From an uncultured Chloroflexia bacterium (GTDB taxonomy: Bacteria > Chloroflexota > Dehalococcoidia > UBA2979): DNA of 64,000 bases. The stretch covers positions 1,696,001-1,760,000 of the forward strand of contig CAVSIV010000006.1 of the NCBI GenBank assembly GCA_963728205.1, read 5' to 3'. Of this stretch, positions 47,500 to 59,274 are shown piece by piece. A program made the translations under genes and the position numbers. The notes below the pieces were generated by a model. The model was not told where the DNA came from and did not search any database. It worked only from the letters and a program-made list of their open reading frames with translations. Within the stretch, counting starts at the first letter, position 1. The number at the start of each line of letters is the position of its first letter.

Positions 47500-48200
47500 G
47501 TGGCAGCCATTCCGCAGAGCTCGAGCGACCACGCTACGCGTACGCCGAATCCGATCGGATCGCGGGGGTGAGCCGCGGCACCTCCAGGCGATGGCTCAAG
47601 GGCTATCAGTACGTCGGGGTGGACGGGCGAATCGTGCACCGTCCACCGGTCGCGACGGGTGAGGCACCGGTGGAGCCGGGGGTTTCGTTCCTGGAGCTGA
47701 TCGAGGTGGCCGCAATCGGGCGCCTGAGGGACACCGGCTTCTCGCTCCACCAGATCCGCGTGATCGTCGACCGCTGTGAGGAGATCTTCCACGCTCCGCG
47801 CCCGCTCGTGACGCTGCGCTTCCGGGTGGATGGGAAGGCCGCGTTCGTCGAGGCGGACGACTCGCTGGTCGACCTGGGGCTGACGCGTGGGAGGCGGCAG
47901 CGCGCCTGGGAGGAAGTCCTCAGCCCGTTCCTCGTCACCGTCGAGTACGAAGGCGGCATCGCGCGGCGCTGGTGGCCGCGCGGCCAGGATCACCATGTGC
48001 TTGTCGATCCCGAGATGGGGTTCGGCTTCCCGGTGGTCGAAGGCAGCGGCGTTCGAACCGAGATCATCCTCGAGCAGTTTCACGCCGGACGAGACCCGGA
48101 GGAGATCGCGGCCGACTTCAACCTGACGCAGCGCCAGGTCCTCGACGCCATCCGCTTTGAGACGCAGCTCGACGGAACGGCTGTCCTCCAGACCGCATGA
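47500..48200 (+). CDS. DUF433-domain antitoxin (VapB45-like), frameshift near 47517
   Basis: GAGGAGG RBS; RRWLKGY, SFLELIE, VDP-MGFG-PVV--SGVRTE, EEIAADFNL. Confidence 0.82.
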
Positions 48201-48577
48201 TCTTCGTCGACCGCTCGATTCCGAAGAGCGTGGCGACCGCCCTCAACGCCACGCGAGGTGACGTCGAGTGGCTGGAACCACGCTTCCGACCGGACGCTCC
48301 TGACCCGGAGTGGTTGCGGGCGGCCGGCGAAGGAGGATGGGTCGTGCTGTCGCGCGACAAGAAGCTTCGTACAAGACCCGCCGAACGACGCGCGATCGCC
48401 GCGTATGGCGTGGGCTGCTTCATCCTGACGCAGCGCGCGCCGCTCAGCCCGTGGGGGTACCTCAAGTTGCTCGTCCCCATCCTCGATGACCTCGTCGTCG
48501 GGTTCGAGCAGACCCCGCGACCGTTCATCTACACGGTGAGCCGCGATGGCGTGCTCAGGCGGGCGGACTCTGCCTGA
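48197..48577 (+). CDS. PIN-like toxin (VapC45/PIN_10-like)
   Basis: ATGA overlap; IFVDRS, D-EWL--AG--GWVVLSRDKKLR-RPAE. Confidence 0.82.
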   Translation: MIFVDRSIPKSVATALNATRGDVEWLEPRFRPDAPDPEWLRAAGEGGWVVLSRDKKLRTRPAERRAIAAYGVGCFILTQRAPLSPWGYLKLLVPILDDLVVGFEQTPRPFIYTVSRDGVLRRADSA

Positions 48578-48612
48578 CGTTGGCCGGTGAGCTGTAGACT
48601 CCCGCACGAACC

Positions 48613-49568
48613 ATGAGCAACGCGCTTCCGGCCGTCGTCGCGAACACCGACCATGTGTGGTTTCGGCACTTTCGCCCCGTCGACGAATTGCGCGTCGTTG
48701 ATGAGGTGAACTTCTGGCGCCCGGCGGCGCAGAGCGAGTTTCGAGCGCTCAGCCCCGGCGAACCGTTCTTCTTTCGCCTCAAGAGCCCGGACAACGCCAT
48801 CGCCGGCTTCGGCTTCTTCGCCGTCTCGGCACGCATGTCGGTTCCCGTGGCCTGGGAGATCTTCGGCGAGAAGAACGGGGATCCCACGCGCGCCCGGTTC
48901 GAGGAGCGGATTGCCGGCTATCGGCGACGCTTCAATCGGGCGGCGCAGGATCAGCTGAGCTGCCTCGTGCTGCGTGACGCGGTGTTCCTGCCGCGGAATC
49001 GGTGGCTGCCGTGGAGCGCGAACGAGGAGTGGCAGCGAAACATCGTGAGCTACAAGGGCTACGACCTCGCCAGCCGGCGCCGGTCGCGCGCTCGATGCGA
49101 CTCCTGAGCGGGTCTCACCCCGATCCGGTGCTGGATCTCGTGCCCGAGTTCAGGCTCATGGAGCTCGATGCGCGGCGGTTCCGCGAATCCCGGGTCGTCG
49201 AGCGAGAGGGCCAGGGGACCTTCCGGCTCCGGCTCCTGCGGGCCTACGGCGGCCAGTGCGCCGTGACCGGGGAGCACGCCGTCCCGGTGCTGGAGGCCGC
49301 CCACATCCAGCCGTACATGGGACCCGCGTCCAATCACCTGCAGAACGGACTGGTGCTGCGCTCGGATCTGCATCGCCTCTACGACGCGGGCTATGTGACC
49401 GTAACCCCCGACCTGCGGCTCGAGGTGAGCGGACGCCTGCGCGAGGAGTTCGAGAACGGCAAGGCGTACTACGAGATGGCGGGGCGGCCGGTTCGTCCGC
49501 CCGGCGACCGGCGGGCCGTTCCCAGCAGCGACGCGCTGCTCTGGCACGCGGAGCACGTCTTCCGCTGA
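48613..49568 (+). CDS. HNH endonuclease (putative restriction endonuclease), frameshift near 49075
   Basis: N-term DEVNFWRP, GEPFFFRLK; C-term R-GQGTFR, CAVTG, LEAAHI-P, NGLVLRSDLHRLYD-G. Confidence 0.85.
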
Positions 49569-49803
49569 ACTAAGCCAGCCCCCGTCAATTAGGCTGACGA
49601 GTAGATGGGACGCCTGATTGAGCCGTCAGCATGTCGTGCGAGGTCCAGGCCATCACTGGCTCGCTGCCTGCGGGTCATCCGACAGGTGAGTGTTGGCAAT
49701 GGAGGACGCTGGGGGGTGCTGGTTACCTGCTTCGCTATGCAGGCCCCTGTGCATCTCTGCCGATCACTAGTACGGTTCGCGGGCTGTGGGGCGGGTGGTA
49801 CCA

Positions 49804-52800
49804 GTGAGCGTTGATGACCGGGTCGCGGACGTAATCGCAGGGTGGCAGGAGAAGCTTCTCCAGCTCGACCGGCGGAACAACGTCCTGTACTTCAGGCCAG
49901 GTCGCCGCGCGGTCCCACTGCTCGAAGTCTCCCCCGACGAAATCGTTGAACGGCTCGCCGCATCCCGAGCCGGACTCTCGTTCCCTACGCCGAGCGTGTG
50001 CGATCCGCGGACGAGCCGAGGAGGACGAGTCCCCTCCGGCTCGCAGCGAGCCCGGGTGACCCCGGGCGATCTCTCCGCGGACGTGGACCCGGTCGAGCTC
50101 CAGACACGGCTCGCGCGGTTGCAGCGGTACGACCGCGAATGGGAGGAGGAGCAGGGCCTCAACGTGTTGTTCCTCGCCGTGGGCTTCATGAACTGGATCG
50201 ACGGTGACGGCGTGTCGGCGCGGTCGCCGCTTGTCCTGCTTCCATGCGATCTGCAGCGCGCGTCTCCGCGCGACGCGTTCTACCTCCTTCGGGAGGACGA
50301 TGACGTCGTTGTCAACCGATGCTCGCTCTCAAGCTGAAGGAACTGGGCATCGAGCTTCCGTAAACTGGAGACGAGGCGCTCTCCCACTACCCCGCGTCGG
50401 TTCGCCGCCTGGTTCGCAGCAGAGAAGGTTGGTCGGAACCAGACGACATCCTGCTCAGCCCCTCCGCGTATTCGAAGCTCGCCATGTACGAGGACTCGGA
50501 AGGGGTGCGGAGTGGGGTGGATCAGAGCGATCATCCAGTCCGCCGGCGTCCTCCCTCCGGAGTCCGCGCGGACCGAGGCGCGATTGCGGCGCCCGATCCG
50601 ATCCCCTCCGGATCGCGAGCCGCTCGGTGGGAAGCTCGACCATCCGCTCGATGTCCGGATCAATTCATGGCGCTTGACGCGGACTTCAGCCAGCTCCGCG
50701 CGGTCGAGACGGCCCGACGGGGATTGCACCTCGTCACCACGGGCCCCCTGGAACCGGCAAAAGCCAGACGATCGCGAATCTCATCGCGACGCTGCTCGCT
50801 CACCAAGAAGGTCCTGTTCGTCAGCGAGAAGACGGCAGCGCTCGATGTCGTGAAGCGCCGACTGGAGGACTGCGGCTGGGCGTCTTCTGCTGAGATGGAC
50901 AGCGAGCGCGGGAAGAAGAACTCGGTCGACGACGAGCTGGCCGCCTTGCTGAGCGACCCGCGGCCACTCGATGGCACTGTCTTCCCCGACGAGACGCTGA
51001 CCGAGCGGCGCTCGCACCTCAACCGGGTTGTCAGGTGCTCCACACCATCGGGCAGCCGCGAGGGCAGACGCCGTATCAAGTCCAGGGGCGCGAGGCGAGG
51101 TGCAGCGGGTGCCACGCGTCGACTTCGAGGTCGGCGACGTTGGAGCCCTCGACGAAGCGTGAGTCGTGCGCGTGCATGCGATCACGCGGCGCATCGAGGT
51201 GCGCGCGAGCGAGTTCGAAGCACATGCGACCAGTCGGTGGCGGCCGCTGAAAGTCACCCGGGTCTCCGTGCAGCTCCCGGACCGACTGCGCGACCAGATG
51301 CAAGCCGTCACCGGCGCGGTCGCCGCGCTGCTCGGGCCGGTCACGTCCGAGGCGGAGTGGGCCGGCGTGCGAGTGCCCGAGACCGCCGCTTCATGCACGG
51401 AACTGGCGATGCTGTTCGATCACCTGGCGGCCGGCGAAGGGGTCCCGAGCCGCTGGTTGAACGGCGAAACCGTCGCGAGCCTCCAGCGGATCGCTCGGAC
51501 GCAGGAAGACCAGCAGAGCAGGCGCAGGGCGTTGGAAGCGCAAACGGGGGCGTCCTTCGGCGAGGAACGGCCCCGTGCCGACTACCGCCGAGTCGCGTTG
51601 GCGATCGAGCGCGTGCGTGCGGAGCGACGTTCGTTCGAGGGGCTGATGGGGGGCAGATTGGCGGTCACGCCTGCTGCCCGATCCCGGCCAGGGCCTTGCG
51701 CAGGTGCGAGTAATCCAGGAGGCCGCTAACGCGGTCGCGCGGGCATCGTCTCAACTATCGGAGGCGCTGAGCGGCGGCCGTGAGCCGCAGTCCTCAGCCG
51801 GCGGGGGCAGACGGGAAGCGTGTTGCCGGTGGATTCGTCCTGGGCACAGCGCAGGGGCTGACGAGCGCGCTCGAGATCGCGCGCCAGCTCATGGATTTCT
51901 CTTCCCGGTTCCGGAATCATGGCTGGACCCGGCCGAGGCGGACGCGCTCCGGCGGGACATCGCGCAGACGCGCGACCAACTCGACGCGCTCACGAACGCC
52001 GAAGCACTGCTGGAAACCGACTTCGCCGACAGCCTGGTCGACCTCGTCGACCAGGAGATGCTCATCCGCTATCGGACGGACTACCAGAGCGTGTGGCACC
52101 GGCTCGGCGGCGCGTACCGCCGGGACCAGCGTGCACTCCGCGGCCAGCTCAAGGCACCCCTCGCAAACTGAGCGCCGCCGACGCGCTCAACGGCATCGAG
52201 CGTGGCCTCGACGTGAAGCGACGCCGCGAGGAGTGGCGTGAACGGGCTCCGGCCCTCCACGCCCGGTTCGGTGGCCGCTTCCGGGAGCGGGAGACGGACT
52301 GGGAGCGGCTCGTTGCCGATCTCGAAGGGACGATTGCGCACCGCCGTTCCTGGAAGGGCGGCACGGATTGGTTGCTGCCCTCCTTGCGGAACCTGACGCC
52401 AATCAGGAGCTTCGCTTCGCAGTCTCGGCCGTGGAGGAGTCACACGAGCAACTCACGGGGGCCCTGTTTGCGATTCCACGGGCGCGAGTTGTTCGAGGGC
52501 GCAGCGGAGCTGGATCACCTCTTTGATTCCTCGCGGCTCGTACAGACCCGCCGCTGCAGGAGCTGTTGGATGCGATGCGCGAGCTCGTCGGCCATTTCCG
52601 GGAGCCGCCGGCCGACCTGTCTGCACTGGCGGACCTCGTGGGAGGCGGTGCTTCGCCTCGAGGCGATTCCAATGGGTGAGGATGCCTATTTCGGGGCCGA
52701 AGCTCGCCGCGGACTTCGGTGGCCGGTACCAGGGAGACGCCACCGACTGGCCCACTAATTTCCAGCGCGCTGGACTGGACGGACGAGTTCCTGCGTCTCG

Positions 52801-55563
52801 TCTCGTATCCGCTGACGGACCGGGCGCGCGCTCACGCGACCGCGCCACAGGACTCCGCCGAGTACGCGCGCCACGCGACCGAGGTTCGCGCGGCGGCCGA
52901 GCGGTTCGTACGTGACATCGCCCCGCTTGACGAGGACTTCGACGTCGCCAGGACGACGTGGGGAGCGTGGGACGAGGCCCCATTGGCCGGCCTGCAGGAA
53001 TGGGCTGAAGATTTTTCCGAGCACGCGACGTCCGCTGCGGACTGGGTCGAGCACCGCTCAGCGGTGGCCGACCTCGAGCAGGAGTTCGGGCCGGGTGTGG
53101 TCGATTGCATCCGGACAGCAACCGCGGACTCGGCGCAGGTTCCAGGGATTGTCGAGCGGCGGCTGTTCGCAGCATGGCTCGATCACGCTCGCCACGAGGG
53201 CGAGCCGATCCTCGGCGACTTCACCGCCAGGGATCAGGAGGACGTCCGGCGCGCCTTCCGGGCGCTCGACCAGGTATTCGTTCGAGGCCGCGCGCTGGCG
53301 AGTGCGCGAGCGATGCTTCGTCGCCTACCCGGACCGCTACTCGACGAGCACAGGAGCGGGACAACTCGGGACGCTGCGCTCCGAACTCCCAAGCGGCGCC
53401 GGCGAATGCCGGTCAGGAGGCTGTTCCGGCGGGTACCGGGGCTCATGCAGGCACTCAAGCCATGCTTCCTCATGAGCCCGCTTGCGGTGAGCCAGTACCT
53501 CCCGCACGGCCAGCTGGCGACCGAGACCATGGAGTTCGGCGTCGTCATCTTCGACGAGGCCTCGCAGGTCTTACTCGAGGACGCCGTCCCCGCGCTCGCG
53601 CGAGCGAAGTACGCCATCGTTGCCGGCGACACGAAACAGTTGCCGCCGACGAACTTCTTCCGTCGCACACAGGCCGACGACGACGGTCCGGTCGACGACG
53701 ACGAGGACGAAGACGAGGACGGCTTCACGGGTCGCGAAAGCATCCTCGACGTGATGGTCGGCATGGCCGGTCGGAACGTCGCCGAGCAGTACCTGACCGT
53801 CCACTACCGGAGCAAGCACGAGAGCCTCATCCGGTACTCAAACCACTACTTCTACGAGGATCGCCTGCTCGATGTTCCTGGCGCCCGTGCGCGACGGCAG
53901 CGACAGCCACGTCGGGATCAAGGACGTCGATCCGCCAGATGCGCGGTACGACGCCGGTGCGTCCAAGACGAACAGGGGCGAAGCCGAGGAAGTCGTTGAG
54001 CGCGTATTCGCCCTCATGCGCTCTCGCCCGGAGGGCGAGAGCGTCGGAGTCGTCGCGCTATCCGGGCGCAGGCGGACTACATCGAACGCATGGTCGAGGA
54101 ACGCCGTCTCGAGGAACTGGATCTCGACGAGCGTTTCGCCGAGGACCGGCACGAACGGTTCTTCGTGAAGAACCTCGAGAACGTCCAGGGCGACGAGCGC
54201 GACCACATCATCCTGAGTTGTTGGGGTACGGGCCCTACCGTGGGGTCGGGGGCCGTGCCCAATCCGCTCGGTCCCATCAATTCTGCCGGGCGGACTAGCG
54301 CCGGCTCAACGTCGCTGTGAGCCGCGCCCGCTTGAAGCATGACCGTCGTGCACTCGCCCGCGTCGGAGGACATCGTGGCTCAGAGCGAGGGAGTCAAGGG
54401 TTGCTCCGCCGGTACCTGGAGTACGTGCGCAACCCGGCCCCGGCGCGTCTTCGAGGCGGAGGTCACCGTCGACCGCGCGGCGGAGCCCGAGTCGCCCTTC
54501 GAGGAAGAAGTGCGCCGCGCGCGCTCGAGGGACGCGGCTATCGCGTCGATTCCGCAGGTGGGGGTTTCCGGGTACCGGATTGACCTTGGCATCGCGTCCG
54601 AGGAGCGGGACACGGTACGACCTCGGCATCGAGTGCGACGGCGCGACGTATCACCGCGCACCGGCCGCGCGAGACCGGGACCGCCAGCGGCAGCAGGTGC
54701 TGGAGGGGCTGGGCTGGCGGATCGACCGCGTCTGGTCAACCGCCTGGGCGCGCAATGCAGACGGCGAGATTGCGGCGCTCGAGCGCGCCATCGCCGATGC
54801 GCGAGCCGGTACGCCCAACGAACCGGTCCCCCCGGGGGGCGGTGGCGGGAAGGGGCCGAACCTTCAAGTGGTTCCGATAAGCCCCGATGACCGGGAGGCG
54901 CGCTTTACCGTCGTGCCGCCACCCGACTCGTCTGCGGAGGAGCCGGCTCCATTGTTCGACGAATACGACGAGGCGTCGCTGTCCGACATCCGGGTCGGGC
55001 CGGAGCTCCGCTACGAAGTCGAGCCGACGATGACCGCGCTCATCCGGCGAGTGGTCGAGGTGGAGCAACCGGTGCACGTGGACCTCGTTGTTGAGCGCAT
55101 TTGCGACCGGTATCGGCTACACCGTGCCGGCTCTGCGATACGCGAGCGCGTCGAACGCGGCGTCCGGGAAGCAGTCAAGGCCGGCGTCGTAGCGCGCGAT
55201 GGGGCCGGACCGCAGAGCGCGTTCCTCCGTCTCCCGGCGGCCGACGGGGCGCCACCGCGTCGGCCCTCGAAACGGACCACCCGGACGATTGACCACATCG
55301 CAAACAGTGAGTTGGACACGGCCCTGTTGCTGGTGGCGTCGGAGGTGTTCGGCGCGGAGAAGGGCGAACTCATCGTCGAGACGGCACGTGAGTTGGGGTT
55401 CGACCGGACAGGTGCGCGGATTGAGCATCGGCTGAGGCAGGCGATCGACAGGCTGGTGAAGCAAGGCCGCTTGCGCCAGCAGTTCGACACCCTGGTAGCC
55501 GTTGCAGCTTCTTCGCAGGTGCGACCTGACGGGGAATCGTACGAAGAGGGCGTTGTTGGCTAG
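49804..55563 (+). CDS. DUF4011 - SF1 (DNA2/NAM7) helicase - Vsr-like REase - DUF3320 protein (Hhe-type defence), many frameshifts
   Basis: WQEKLLQLDRRN; GPPGTGKSQTIANLI; KVLFVSEK-AALDVV; PCFLMSPLAVSQYL; IFDEASQ; GDTKQLPPT; HYRS; ENVQGDERD; ESPFEEEV; IECDGATYH; RDRDR-RQ-VLE-LGW. Confidence 0.85.
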
Positions 55564-55806
55564 GGGCCGTCCGCTTCCGGAAGGGCCAGGGTGGCGATCG
55601 TCGATTTGCACGGCGCTTCCGAGAGCTGCAGCAGGGTGTTGCGCGGGAAGGCCATGGGACGTTCCGTCTCCGACTCCTCCGCGCCTACGGCGGGAAGTGT
55701 GCCGCGGCCGGGGCGGACGCGGAGCACGTGCAGGGGCGCGTTCGGTATCGCGCCGGCTGCCCAGGTGGATAGGGGGCGACGGTGCGCGGAGCGGTCGAAC
55801 AGGAGC

Positions 55807-57193
55807 ATGCGTTCGATTTGAATGTCGAAAGGTCCTCGAGCATTGGCCCGTCCCGTTCGCAATACGCGAGGTGATCGCCAACGCGCTGGACGAGCGGCGC
55901 TGACCGGCACCGCCGACCCGAACATCCCGTGCGACAAGATGGCCGGTGGCACATCCGCGACTACGGCCGGGGGCTGCGTTACAAGCACCTGTCGCAGAAG
56001 GAGAACTCGGAGAAGCGCGGCCTCCCGGCGCGGTCGGCCAGTTCGGCATGGGTTTGAAGGACGCTCTGGCCGTGTTCGACCGCCGCGGCGGGGGGTCATC
56101 CGCTCGGCGCACGGCGACATCCTCATCGCGAAGCGCCAGAAGGCGGGGTTTCCCGACGTGCGTACTGCACGCCCTCGTCGGGCCGCCGGCCGATCCCCAC
56201 TCGTTGGCACGGACGTGGCGCTGACCGGAGTAGACGAGAAGCAGGTGGCGGACGCCAAGGGGTTCTTCCTGCGTTTCTCCGACGAGCCGTGAACTGGAGT
56301 CGACGCCCGACGGGCAAGTGCTGAAGCGAGCGAAAGGTGCTGCGACCAGCCGGATCTACGTGAAGGGGCTGCGCATCGCAGAGGAGCCCAACTTCCTGTT
56401 CAGTTACAACATCACCGACATCAACGCGCCGCTGCGGCGTGCATTGAACCGTGAGCGATCAAGTGGGCGCACTGCGTATACGGACCGGTGAAGGAGTGCT
56501 CATCGAGTGCGCCTGCCTGACGGTCGCGAGGCCCGTTGGCCGAACGATCTCGGCGGCCTTCTCTGCAGGCACCCAGCACGACGAGCTCCTATCATGGACC
56601 GAGGTCGCGCTGCATGCCTGTAGAGTTCTTCAGTCACACGAGAAGGTGGTCTTCGTGACTGCGGGCAGCTGGTCAAGCAGGCAGTCCACAACTGACGTAC
56701 GCTCGGGACGACGGCTACCGGCTTGTGACAATCCCCGACGACATCGCGGCTCGGCTCGGAAAGATGACAGATCTTGGGGGCCGGCCGTTGATGGACCTTG
56801 GTGCCTACAGGACATCATGGAATGAGAGCTTCTCCTACACCTTCGTGGAGCCGGACGATTTTTCCCCGCGGGAACGTGCGTCCTACGAACGAACGACGGC
56901 CATTCTTTGCGCTGATCCGACAGCGCATGGGCACTGGCCGTATCAAGCGTGTTCAGATCTCCAGACAATGCGCCTCATGGAGTCGGGCGATCAGGTTCGG
57001 GGACTCTGGGATCCAGACGAGGGACGAATCATCATTCGGCGCGATCAAGCTGGGCAATCTCGCTGCGTACGCGGGGACGCTTCTGCACGAGCTTGGCCAC
57101 GCCACCAGTGGCACGGTGGACCAGTCCATGGAATTTGAAGAGGTTCTCTCAGTCATGCTCGGTCGGGTTGCCGCGACTGCCCTCGCTTCCTGA
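55807..57193 (+). CDS. GHKL-type ATPase with C-terminal HExxH domain (MPN635-like), several frameshifts
   Basis: AGGAG RBS; FDLNV, VLEHW, AIREVIANALDE, IRDYGRGL, GQFGMGLKDALA; C-term TLLHELGH. Confidence 0.75.
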
Positions 57194-57295
57194 GCCGGTG
57201 GCGCAGCGAGGCGCGCGTTCACAGGTCTCGCGAGCAGGTGGCGAGAGTCATGAGTGCTTCACCGGGCGCGGGGCGCCTGTTCAAGAGGGAGTCGA

Positions 57296-59274
57296 ATGGA
57301 CGCGAGCGAACTAGGCTGGATCACCAACTACATCTGGGGCATCGCTGACGATGTCCTTCGCGACCTCTACGTCCGCGGCAAGTATCGCGACGTGATCCTG
57401 CCCATGACCGTGCTCGCCGGCTCGACGCCGTCCTCGAACCGACGAAGGGTGCCGTGCTGAGCATGAAACGGTCGCTGGACGCGCGGCATCACGAACCAGG
57501 ACGGGCCCTGCGTCAGGCAGCTGGCCAGGCGTTCTACAACACCTCTCCGTTCACCCTCCGAGACCTCCGCTCCCGCGCCAGCCAGCAGCAGCTGCGTGCG
57601 GACTTCGAGGCGTACCTCGACGGGTACTCCTCGAACGTGCAGGACATCCTCGAGAACTTCGAGTTCCGCAACCGGATCCCTCGCCTCTCGATGGGGCGGA
57701 CGCGCTCGGGACGCTGATCGAGAAGCTGCTGTCACCTGGCATCAACCTGAGTCCGAATCCGGTCCTGAACGGCGATGGCTCCGCGAAGCACCCTGGCCTC
57801 GACAACCATGCGATGGGGACGATTTTCGAAGAGCTGTTGCGTCGCTTCAACGAGGAGAACAACGAGGAGGCCGGCGAGCACTGGACGCCGCGCGATGCGG
57901 TGAAGTTGATGGCGAACCTGATCTTCCTCCCGGTCGCCGACGCGATCGAGTCCGGCACGTACCTCCTCTACGACGGGGCCTGCGGCACGGGTGGCATGCT
58001 GACCGTTGCCGAGGAGACGCTGCAGGAGCTGGCGGGACAGCACGGCAAGGAGGTCTTCCACCCACCTCTACGGGCAAGAGATCAACGCGGAAACCTACGC
58101 GATCTGCAAAGCGGACCTGCTCCTGAAGGGAGAGGGCGACGCCGCCGACAACATCGTCGGGGGCCAGAGCATTCGACGCTTTCCAACGACGCCTTCCCGT
58201 CACGTGAGTTCGACTTCATGCTCAGCAACCCGCCCTACGGAAAGAGCTGGAAGAGCGACCAGGAGCGCATGGGCGGCAAGTCCGGGATGCGCGACCTGCG
58301 CTTCGTCATCGAGCATGCCGGCGATCCCGAGTACTCGCTCGTCACCCGCTCGAGCGACGGGCAGATGCTGTTCCTCGCCAACATGCTGAGCAAGATGAAG
58401 CACGGCACACCGATGGAGTCGCATCGCCGAGGTCCACAACGGGAGCTCGCTCTTCACCGGCGACGCCGGGCAGGGCGAGAGCAACATCCGCCGCTGGATC
58501 ATCGAGAACGACTGGCTCGAGGCGATCCTCGCGCTGCCGTTGAACATGTTCTACAACACCGGCATCGCCACCTACGTCTGGGTGCTCAGCAACCGCAAGC
58601 CGGCCGACCGCGCCGGCCGCGTGCAGCTCATCGACGCGACCCAGTGGTACACGCCACTGCGAAAGAACCTGGGCAAGAAGAACTGCGAGCTGTCCGAGGC
58701 GGACATCCGGCGCGTCTGCGAGACGTTCCTGGCCTTCGAGGAGACCGAGCAGTCGAAGATCTTCCCCAACGCCGCCTTCGGCTACGAGAAGGTGACAGTG
58801 GAGCGCCCGCTGCGACTGCGCGGCGTCGAGGGCGGGCGTGTCTATTCCGCGAAGGAACTAAAGGTGCTCAAGGAGTCGGCGGGGCGCGACGACGACGCCC
58901 CCCGCTGATCAAGAAGGTGCACAAGCGTGTCGCGGCGCAAGACCCGATCCGAGGGCTGTTCGAGGCGACGGTCGATGGCAAGCCCGCCGTCGTGGAGTAC
59001 GAGCCGGACACTGACCTGCGCGACACCGAACAGGTGCCGCTGCTGGAGGAGGGTGGCATCGAGGCGTTTCTCCGCCGCGAGGTGCTGCCGTACGCCCCCG
59101 ACGCCTGGATGGGACGGCAGCGTGAAGATCGGCTACGAGGTCAGCTTCACGCGGTACTTCTACAAGCCGCCGCCGCTGCGCTCGCTGGAGGCAATCCGCG
59201 CCGACATCGTCGCGCTTGAGAGCGAGACTGAAGGGTTGCTGAAGGAGACTGATCGAAGCGGAGCTGCGCGATGA
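57296..59274 (+). CDS. hsdM: type I restriction-modification methyltransferase subunit, several frameshifts
   Basis: IWGIADDVLRD, MGTIFEELLRRFNE--NEEAGEHWTPRD, YDGACGTGGML, SNPPYG, NMFYNTGIATY, KIGYEVSFTRYFY. Confidence 0.9.
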
